From Eledone cirrhosa (taxonomy: Eukaryota), in contig OZ024741.1 of assembly GCA_964016885.1 (NCBI GenBank), forward strand, positions 413,354,001 to 413,418,000: DNA of 64,000 bases. Reading direction: 5' to 3'. The notes beneath the pieces are model-generated. The model was not told where the DNA came from. It made no database searches and was given only the letters and a program-made list of their open reading frames with translations. The translations under genes were made by a program, and so were the position numbers. Shown in pieces: positions 1-9,064 of this stretch; positions within the stretch are counted from its first letter, which is position 1, and every line of letters starts with the position of its first letter.

Positions 1-164
1 GTTTTACTGCATTTGTCTTCATTGCTTTGAAAATATTGTTGTTCTTGTTGCTGTTGATGGTTGTTATTGGTTGTATTACAACGATGAAAGTTAGTTTTCA
101 AAATTAAACCATCACTGATCTGGAATAATTGTTTTTGCCAATTTTTGATCTAACTAATAGGAAG

Positions 165-209
165 AAATTATTATTATCATTATCATCATCATCATCATCA
201 TTATCCTTA

Positions 210-243
<34 letters not shown>

Positions 244-310
244 CATTATAATCATCATCATCATTATTATTAGCAGTAGTATCATTAGTATTATTATGGT
301 TGTCGTTGTT
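165..310. repeat. (ATT)n/(ATC)n compound microsatellite
   Basis: Runs of attattatt and atcatcatc read directly. Confidence 0.9.
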
Positions 311-563
311 TGAAGCAACAAAATGTAATAGAACTCAACAATGCTACTAACTCCATTTAAAAAAAAAAAGAAAAAATTGAACAAATGAATGTTTGAGATA
401 AACAGACTTTGTTTTATTTTGTTTTGTGCACCAACAACATATATTATATATCAATTTAACTGAAATATGTTTTGTTTGATTTTTACCATTGCTCTGTAAT
501 TCCCAAGAGTAATTATTTTACAAAATACTGTTTTGAAATAGCAATCATAAATTCTAGACTAAG

Positions 564-614
564 CAGAGAATTTCCAGAGAATTTCCAGAGAATTTCAGAG
601 AATTCCAGAGAATT
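564..614. repeat. 10-11 bp tandem repeat (CAGAGAATTTC) x~5
   Basis: cagagaatttc cagagaatttc cagagaattt cagagaattc cagagaatt. Confidence 0.85.
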
Positions 615-698
615 ACATACAGGGTTGTTGTCGTGTTTATCAATCAATATTTTGGATAACGTCAAATACTGCAAGACACAAACAACAAAAAAAACAAA

Positions 699-955
699 AA
701 CACACACACACACACATATATATACACAGACACCTACACACACACATACATATATATATATACAGACATCTACACACACCTATACATATATATATATACA
801 GATACACACGTTCATATATATATATAAACACACACATATATAGACACACACACGTATATATATACATATTCATACACAAACACACATACATATATATATA
901 TACACATACCCACACACACACGTATATCATTATCATATATATATATACACACACA
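699..955. repeat. (CA)n/(TA)n compound microsatellite
   Basis: Alternating acacac and atatat runs; this explains the overlapping low-complexity ORFs. Confidence 0.9.
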
Positions 956-1066
956 TGTGTATTTTGATTTGCAAATAATAGATATACATTTTTTTGTCTA
1001 TACTCCAGAGATTACTCTGTTTTGCTACTCTGAGTTTCACAATAACTTGCTGATCACACAACCAAT

Positions 1067-1110
<44 letters not shown>

Positions 1111-1248
1111 ATGTATGTGAGTGTGTGTGTCTAGGGAGAGAGAGAGGGGCAGAGAGTGAGGAGGGAATTCCAATGTTGAGTTGGATCTAAAAGATATTAT
1201 CAGTACTGATAGAAACCCTCCTAAAACTTTAAACTAATTCCTTCCTGG

Positions 1249-1318
1249 ATGGCGAACCCAAACAAGATCAAGATACAAGTGTGTCACTGGGATTCTATTG
1301 ACAAAACCTGCAAATATG
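1249..1318 (+). other. Possible first coding exon of an unidentified host gene (MANPNKIKIQVCHWDSIDKTCKY, phase-1 donor)
   Basis: ATG at 1249 is open for 70 nt up to a consensus donor G|GTAAGT at 1319, in non-repetitive sequence. I recognise no homology and found no partner exon. Confidence 0.25.
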
Positions 1319-1514
1319 GTAAGTGTTGTCTTTAATACCTTCCACCCTTCTCATTACATGTCTCTCGTTAATGACTTGGTTGCCTGCTATGTTAATTAAA
1401 ACTGCACTCCTTCTCCTATGACTGGTTTCTCTTCCAATTACGGCTGCTACCTCGATTTATGGCTGGGTTCTGTTCCAAACAGCCTTCGTCACACGTCAAT
1501 GAGGGCCTATCTTG

Positions 1515-1698
1515 AAAGTATGTGGCCTAGTGGGCAGTGTCTTGGACTTAGGATCATAATATCAGGGGTTTGATTCCAAGACGGGGCAGTATTGTGTGTT
1601 CAGGAGAAAACATTTGATTTCACATTGCTTTTCATCATAGAGCTAGGGTGCCTATCATTAGGGAGGCCAGCTGAACCTACATAGGTGTGAGCTGTGAA
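1515..1698 (+). mobile_element. Degraded tRNA-derived CORE-SINE
   Basis: A-box-like TGGCCTAGTGG, B-box-like GGTTTGATTCC, a decayed core, and the same 3' tail (ggaggccagct.aacct.cataggtgtgagctgt) as the SINE at 3150. Confidence 0.75.
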
Positions 1699-1706
1699 AT
1701 ATATGT

Positions 1707-1962
1707 ATCATCACCATCATCACCACCACTATCATCATCAACATCAACAGCATTATCATTATCATCATCACCATCAACATCATCACCATCATCATCATCA
1801 TTATCATCATCATCACCATCACCATCACTATCATCACCACCACCACCATTATCACCACCACCACCATCATCATCATCAACAACATTATCATCATCACCAC
1901 CATCATCACCATCATCATCATGACCACCACCACCATCATCATCATCAACAACATTATCATCT
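1707..1962. repeat. (CAT)n/(CAC)n microsatellite
   Basis: Direct reading; it produces the poly-His, poly-Met and poly-Ser pseudo-ORFs. Confidence 0.95.
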
Positions 1963-1981
1963 ACTCACCACCTACTCCTTT

Positions 1982-2020
<39 letters not shown>

Positions 2021-2511
2021 CATCATCATCATCATCATTTTACGTCCGCTTTTCCCTGCTTGCAAGGGTGGGACGGGTCTTATTCAGCACAGCATCTCTC
2101 CACTCATCACGGTCCCTCGTCATCTCCACCGTGAGCTTCAATGATCTGAGGTCTGTTCTCACCACCTCCGCCCATGTTTTTCGTGGTCTACCTCTACCAC
2201 GTCTTCCTTCAACTTGAAATTCCTGGCACTTCTTCACCCATCGGTCATCCTCCATGCGCATCACATGTCCATACCACCTCAGTCTCCTCTCCCGTACACT
2301 ACATTCTATCCCTCTCAGACACAGTTTCTCTCTCAACACATTCATGCTGGGTCGTTCACGTACATTTACACTGCACATCCAACGGAGCATGCTTGCCTCA
2401 TTTCTCTCCAGCCATCGCATATCCTCTGCAGTTGCTGCCCATGTCTCACTACCATGCAGCATCGCGCTCCTCACACAGGCATCATACAACCGGCGGCATC
2501 ATACAACCGGC
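2021..2511 (-). mobile_element. 5'-truncated RTE-clade LINE fragment (family B; ORF runs to the 3' end)
   Basis: ORF 2040-2489 carries RTE C-terminal motifs (YDACVRSAMLHGSETW, RRLRWYGHVMRM, RGRGRPRKTW). It ends in a (GAT)n tail and has a possible CATATAT TSD. Confidence 0.92.
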
Positions 2512-2707
2512 ATATATATATATAAATAGATGTGTTTTTTCGTTTCTGCCACTATCCAGTCTCCTCTATCTTTCTATTTCTTTAGTTTCTTATTCTATTT
2601 TCCAATGAAGGACTAGTGTCTAAAATGTTAAGACTCTTTTCCTACTGTATCAAGTATAAAACTTATAATATATTTCTGTTCGCCTTTTGCATATATATAT
2701 ATATATT

Positions 2708-3120
2708 TGTAGTAAAGTTGCTTGGATGCGTCTATAGGCGGTATGCCGGTTGAGCACTCTATGCTCCTTCAGAGCAGAGTACGATAATACGGAAAACGAA
2801 GAACCAGTGATGCATTGGAACACAATTTATTACGTATTACAATTGTTTCTCTAGCGAACAGCTTGAGGTGCGATCTGTTTGTGATTCGAACCTGACTCTG
2901 GATTCACAAGTTCCTCAGATGCGTATAGTGATTTCAATATATATATATAGGTAAGAGATTGTCTAGACAAATGTCTCCACATTAAGCTTGTTTGTTATAC
3001 AAGTGCAATGACAGAAGATCTGAGAGTAGGGTTGTTGTAAGATCGATTCTTATCATCCAAAGAGAAATCGGATAGCAAGTCAAAGAACTTACTTAAATAT
3101 GGTAAAATTCTGAGATTTCA
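2708..3120 (-). mobile_element. Solo LTR (413 bp) with 5-bp TSD ATATT
   Basis: TG...CA termini, with ATATT at both 2703-2707 and 3121-3125. On the minus strand a TATA-like run (~2937-2950) precedes AATAAA (2827-2832), which is the U3-R-U5 order. Confidence 0.7.
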
Positions 3121-3149
3121 ATATTCTCTCTCTATATATATATATATAT

Positions 3150-3396
3150 GTGAAGGCGCATGGCTTAGTGGTTAGAGCATTGGGCTTGCAATCGAAAGGT
3201 TGTGAGTTCAATTCTCGGACTGGGTGATGCGTTGTTTCCTTGAGCAAGACACTTTATTTCACGTTGTTCCAGTTTACTCAGCTGTAAAATGAGATGATAG
3301 GACCGGGGTCCCTATCATTAAATTATCCAAGACACTTCCAACGAGATATACCTTGGAGGAGGCCAGCTAAACCTGCATAGGTGTGAGCTGTCATGC
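3150..3396 (+). mobile_element. tRNA-derived CORE-SINE (tail type 1)
   Basis: A box TGGCTTAGTGG, B box GAGTTCAATTC, MIR-like core ccttgagcaagacactt...cagtttactcagctgtaaaatg, and (TA)n flanks. Confidence 0.88.
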
Positions 3397-3410
3397 TATA
3401 TATATGTATA

Positions 3411-4235
3411 TCTATATATCTAAAACAGAGAATGTCTGACTGTCTGTCTGACTCCCTAAAACTCGAGAACCACCCAACTGACTGTTTTCAAACTTTACAC
3501 ATGTAATACTTACAGTCCTGTGAGTGTTTTCAGCAAAAAGAATTTCAAATTTTCAATGCCCCAGGGACCGCATTAGGCGATTTAGCGATCTCTCTTTATA
3601 ATTCTTAGTCTTTCTTTTTAGATAGATACATAGATATAACGTTGCACCCTTATAATATCTGTATGTCTGGCTGTCTGAATTACGACAATATGACACTATC
3701 TGTGTGCGCGTATATATGTATGTATAGTGTGTGTGTATATATGTATATATAGTGTGTGTATATATATATATATAGTGTGTAACGTTTTTCGAAATATTTA
3801 CTTTTGCGTTCACAGATTGATTTTTTTAGTTTCAGAAGATCCCATGAAGGGTGAAATCAGCGATTCTTTGCTTAAACTTTAATCTGTTATTTTAATATAT
3901 ATATAATATATAAGAACAAAAGATGGTTAAAAGAGTTGTATTTTATTATGCGCATTTTGTTCTTATATATTATGTATACTCCAGTCCTACAAACTGTAGA
4001 GTGCTTCTTATCCGATATCTGCATTGCTTTATTGTACTACAATAAAACTCACCTCCTACATTATATATATATATATATATATATAATTATATATTTGTGT
4101 ACAGATATTTTTGCATACACAATAACAAAATATAAACAAACATATTTCTTTCATGAGGCTCGATAAGGATAAATTTATATCAAATATATAAGAACCCTAG
4201 AGCAAATACCAAGCAATGCCAGGCCATTCTGCTAG
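3411..4235 (+). mobile_element. Non-autonomous Helitron-like element
   Basis: It starts A|TCTATATATCTAAAA followed by (CTGT)-like repeats. It ends in a decayed subterminal hairpin (accaagcaatgccaggcc), then CTAG|T at 4232-4236. No TSD is present. Confidence 0.65.
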
Positions 4236-4854
4236 TATATATTTAAAAGAGTCAAAGTCAGTGTTTTGCAGCATATGTACAAATGTTATTTGCATATTAC
4301 AATTATTTTGATATCGATCAGTTCAGGGTAAAAACAAGATGACAGGGTCCCAACTGTTTTTTGACATCTTGTCAGTAATGTGAGCTTATATGTCTAAAGT
4401 TGCATCATAACTGACACACACACTATATATATATATATATACATATTTATTAAAATAACAGATTCAAGTTTAAGCAAAGAATCGCTCCTTATCAAGCCCT
4501 CTTTGGACTTTAGTCTTCACATTTATTATTATTATTACTATATATATATATGTCATCATCATCATCACCGTTTTACGTCCGTTCTTCCATGCTAGCATGG
4601 GTTAGACGGGTTGTCCTGTTGTGGGCAGTGTCTGGTCGGCTGACCATGCGTTGCTCATACAGGAACTGATTTTGGCTTGATTTCTACAGCTGGATGCCCT
4701 TCCTAACACCAACCTCATTTACAGTGAGTGCTGGGTGCTTTTTTCCGTGGCGCCTACACGTCCACTTTACGGTGTGGGCTGGGTGCTTTTTTGCCGTGGC
4801 ACCTCCACGTCCACTTTGCAGTGGGAGGGTGTGGGGGCACATTGTCTATATGCT

Positions 4855-7249
4855 TCAGCTTGTACCCATGGGAGGTCGGGTACTCTGTATTACTGCGTGA
4901 CGCCAGAGGTCACGGTCGTGTGTCATCGTCTTTGAGAGGTGCAACTGGGTAAGGTCGGCCCCTATCACCTCATCCCAGGTCTTCTTGGGTCTCCCCACTC
5001 CGCGGCTTCCATTGACTTCTAGTGCTCTGCACCTATTTATGCAGTTGTCATCCTTCATACGCATCACATGTCCATACCAATGCATCCGCCTCTCCTGCAC
5101 ACAGCATTTGATTCCTCTGATGCTCAGTCTCTCTCTCAATTCATTTATGCTTTGCCGTTCGTGTATATTATTATTACACATCCATCGGAGCATGAAGGCT
5201 TCGTTTCTTTCTAATCTATGTAAGTCTTCCACCTTCAGCGCCCAGGTCTCACTACCATGTAACATTGCTGTTCGGGTACACGCATCATACAGTCTGCCTT
5301 TCATTTTGGGGGAGAAGCCTTTTGCAGCTAGCAGTGGTAGTAGTTCCCTAAACTTCTTCCATCCCGTTCTTACCCTAGTTATTGTACTTTCTGAACACCC
5401 ACCTGCGCTGCTAATTCGGTCACCTACGTAGCAGAAGCTGTCTACTGTTTCTACAGAGCCCTCCCAGAGATTGGTGGTACTTGTTTCCTGTGGCTGTTTG
5501 CTGCTTGCTGTCCCAGCACAGCTGCTACATGTGAAGCCTACATTCTTAATTAAGCTTCCTGAGATCCCGCTACATTTCTTGTGTACCCATTGTTTGCATT
5601 TAGGGCAGAGAATGGAGTTCCTACCTACACCTTTCCTACATACTGAGCAAGGCCATTTCCCTGAAGGGATCTGGGTTCTGTTTTCTCGTCTACTTACAAG
5701 GACCTTAGTCTTTGTCATGTTGACTTTGAGACCCTTTCTTTCTAGTCCCTGCTTCCAAGTTTGGAATTTCTTCTCTAGTTTTACCATAGATTCAGCTATA
5801 AGTGTGAGGCCATCTGCATACAGGAGTTCCCATGGGCATCATCATCATCATCATCATTTCATTTTACGTCCGCTTTTCCCTGCTTGCAAGGGTGGGACGG
5901 GAACTGATTCTGGCTTGATTTCTACAGCTGGATGCCCTTCCTAACACCAACCTCATTTACATTGAGTGCTGGGTGCTTTTTTGCCGTGGCACCTCTATGA
6001 CCACTTTACAGTGGAATGATAGGGACCCCAGTCCCTATCATCTCATTTCTACAGCTGAGTAAACTGGAGCAATGTGAAATAAAGTGTCTTGCTCAAGGAA
6101 ACAATACATCACCCAGTCTGAGAATTGAACTCACAATCTTTCGATTGCAAGGCCAATGCTCTAACCACTAAGCCATGTGCCTCCATGTGCATCTGGTCTT
6201 AAACTCCTCCGTTATTGCCTGCAGGACTATGATGAACAGGAGAGGGCTAAGAACAGAGCCCTGGTGGACACCAACCTCTACGCTAAATTCCTCCCTATAC
6301 TCATTGCTGATCCTAACTTTGCTGACTGCACCCCTATACATGGCTTGTACAGCTTTCACAAGCCATTCATCTACTCCTAGTTTTCTAAGAGCCTACCAGA
6401 TTATAGCACGTGGAACTCTGTCAAAGGCTTACTTTTAGCTAGGTACTTTTCCTGTAACTGCCTCACAAGGAAGAGGGCATCAGTGGTGCCTCTTCCTGGT
6501 ACAAACCCAAATTGCATCTCATCTAGTTTCACCCGGTCCCTAATCAACTGTGCTATAACTCTTTCTGTTACTTTCATGACCTGGTCCATCAGCTTTATAC
6601 CTCTATAGTTTCCTGTATCTAGTGCATCACCTTTACCTTTGTAGCAGTTGACAATGATGCTACTGCACCAATCTTTTGGTATGACACCTTCTAGTATTAC
6701 CTGCTTAACAATACGTGTGGATATAGTGTGACCTACAGACCCAGATGCCTTCAGCATCTCGGCAGCTATACCCGATGGACCGGTTGCCTTCCCCATCTTC
6801 ATATCTTTGATTGCCTTACTTACTACGCTGCTGCTGACTTGTACTGCTGGCCCCTCTATAGGGTATACTTGGGGTAGGGTCTCTTCTTCCCATGCATTCT
6901 CCTCATTTAGTAATGTATCATAATGGCTCTTCCATGCATCTTTCTTCTCAGCACTTGTGAGGGCAAGCTCACCTTTATATTTCCGGATACACTTCTCTCC
7001 AATGACATCACAATTCTCTCTGACACACTGCCTCACAATCTTGAACACCTCCTGTTTCTGGTCCTCACGTTGCAAAACATGCTTGAATTTTCTATCCTCT
7101 GCTTCCCTCTTAGCTAAGTATACTTGTCGCCTAGCTTCCCTCTTTGTCTCTATATAATGTACCCTGCTTCCCCCATTCTTCCATTCTTTCCATGCCTGTC
7201 TCTTGGCCTTAACTGCCTCATCTACCTTATTGTTCCACCACCAAGTCAC
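4855..7249 (-). pseudogene. RTE reverse transcriptase pseudogene
   Basis: YADD has become YADG (~5810-5821). A short deletion near 6430 removes the 'FVDLEK' motif-A region, and a SINE is inserted at 5841-6182. Confidence 0.85.
5841..6182 (-). mobile_element. tRNA-derived CORE-SINE with RTE-derived tail (tail type 2)
   Basis: Head and core match the SINE at 3150. The 3' part matches RTE 3' ends and finishes in (GAT)n. The 11-bp TSD is CCATGGGCATC (5830-5840) / CCATGTGCATC (6183-6193). Confidence 0.92.
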
Positions 7250-7565
7250 TCTCCTCCTGCTTGTGGTCTTACTCCAGCCACTGATCTCATCCGTCGCCTC
7301 TAGTCAGTTATTTTTTGTATCTATGTATATATATATATATATAACCAAAGATTAATATGTTTCGTTGATTATTCAATGAATACAATTTTACAATAGATTA
7401 GAAGCACTCGACATATTATTTTCCTGGAGTATTTAATATTATTCAAAATGTTAATAAATGAAAAATATTCTCATAATCAAAATATATATTTTATTATAGA
7501 TATTTCAAAGGTACAATGGTGTTTAAGTACGTTTTCATCAGACAAAATATAAGATTTGATATGTG

Positions 7566-7621
7566 ACATACCGCTACGGTTTTGATTATTCAATTGAATA
7601 ATCAAAACCATAGTGGTATGT
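7566..7621. repeat. 56-bp near-perfect palindrome
   Basis: ACATACCGCTACGGTTTTGATTATTCAA|TTGAATAATCAAAACCATAGTGGTATGT, with 2 mismatches and no loop. Confidence 0.9.
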
Positions 7622-8613
7622 AGGTAGAAATTCCATCCTCTGCCCCAAATGCAAACTATGGTTGCACAAGAGATGTAGCAGGATCTCAGGAAGTTTAGCT
7701 AAGAATGTAGGCTTTACATGTAGCAGTTGCACCGGAACAGTAAGCAGCAAACAGCCACAGGAAACAAGCACCACCAAACGCTGGGAGGGCTCTGTAGAAA
7801 CAGTAGACAGCTTTTGCTACCTAGGTGACCAAATTACCAGTGGGGGTGGGTGTTCGGAAAGTACAGTAACCAGGGTAAGAACGGGATGGAAGTTCAGGGA
7901 GCTACTACCACTGCTAGCTGCGAAAGACTTTTCTCTCAAAATGAAAGGCAGACTGTATGATGCGTGTATACCTACAGCAATGTTACATTAGACCTGGGTG
8001 TTGTGTGCAGAAGACTTGCATAGATTAGAAAGAAATGAAGCTTGCATGCTCTGATGGATGTGTAATAGTAATATACGCGAACAGCAAAGCATAAATGAAT
8101 TGAGAGAGAGACTGAGCATAAGAGGAATCAAATGCTGTGTGTAAGAGAGGCGGCTGCGTTGGTATGGACATGTGATGCGTATGAAGGATGACAGCTGCAT
8201 AAAAAGGTGCAGAGCACTAAGAGTTAATGGAAGCCTTGGAGTAGAGAGACCCAAGAAGACCTGGGATGAGGTTATAAAAACTGACCTTGTCCAATTACAC
8301 CTCTCACAGGACCGAGACCTCTGGCGTCGCGCAATAATACAGAAGACCCAACCTCCCACGGGTACAAGCTGAAGCATATAGACAGTATGCCCTCACACCC
8401 CTCCCACTGTAAAATGGTCGTGTAGATGTCACAACAAAACGCACTGTAATTATGTTGGTGTTAGGAATGGCATCCAGCTGTAGAAATCATGCCAAAATCA
8501 GTTCTGTATGAGCAAGACATGGTCACCTGACCTGGCATTGCCCACAACAGGACAACCTGTCTAACCCAAGCTAGCAGGGAAGAAGGGACATAAAATGGTG
8601 ATGATGATGATGA
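7620..8613 (+). mobile_element. 5'-truncated RTE LINE fragment (family A), inverted relative to the 4553-7316 copy
   Basis: ORFs 7662-7991 and 8172-8372 match the 4855-5787 protein almost residue for residue. It has the same 3'UTR and a (GAT)n tail. Confidence 0.92.
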
Positions 8614-8694
8614 TATATATATAAGTATATATATATCATTATCATCATCATCATCATCATCATATATATATATATATACACACACACATAAAGT

Positions 8695-8790
8695 GAGACA
8701 CGGTCACCTGACCAATCTTGCCTCAAGTGGGACAACTCCCATCTAATCCATGCTAGCGTGGAAGATAGACATTAAACGATGATGAAGATC
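8695..8790 (+). mobile_element. Short RTE 3'-end fragment
   Basis: ggtcacctgacc...ccatctaatccatgctagcgtggaagatagacattaaacgatgatga matches the terminal RTE 3'UTR. Confidence 0.7.
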
Positions 8791-8850
8791 ATATCTATAT
8801 CTACCTACCTATCTATCTACCTATCTATATATCTATAACTATCTATCTAT
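8789..8850. repeat. (CTAT)n microsatellite, left target flank of Tx1 element 1
   Basis: Direct reading. Confidence 0.9.
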
Positions 8851-9064
8851 TGGGATGGACACACGCGTATAACTTGCTGAGTAAGTTCTGTTTAAATTTC
8901 TATAGAAATTCTTGTCTAATAACTTTAATTTTTGTACCATTTTGTAGAGGGACTGCCAGGTCAAACTTTGATCTGGTCAGTCTCTCAAAATATTCTACGC
9001 CTTTAGGTGAAATAGTTAAACAAAAAAAAAAGTTTTTTCTTGTTGAAAAGTCAATATTTTTTAA

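Larger units (their letters stand above)
4553..7316 (-). mobile_element. 5'-truncated, decayed RTE-clade LINE (family A), interrupted by a SINE
   Basis: RT motifs occur in ORFs 6401-7249 (KATGPSGI, NYRGIKL, QFGFVPGRGTTDA), 6168-6359 (GVHQGSVLSPLLF) and 4855-5787 (a Cys-rich insert CSVC..CPKC..HKKC..CSSC, then WYGHVMRM). It has a ~300-nt 3'UTR and a (GAT)n tail at 4553. Confidence 0.93.

Noticed and set aside
1658-2144. His-rich, Met-rich and Ser-rich ORFs
   Set aside because: They are translations of the (CAT/CAC)n microsatellite.
3150-3225. Functional tRNA gene (also 6110-6182)
   Set aside because: A and B boxes are present, but the acceptor and anticodon stems are imperfect and the sequence continues into a CORE domain, so it is a SINE head.
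8852-9064. HDV-like ribozyme at the Tx1 5' end (or in the 3'UTR)
   Set aside because: I could not build the P1/P1.1/P2/P3/P4 nested pseudoknot by eye. The stems present are simple hairpins.
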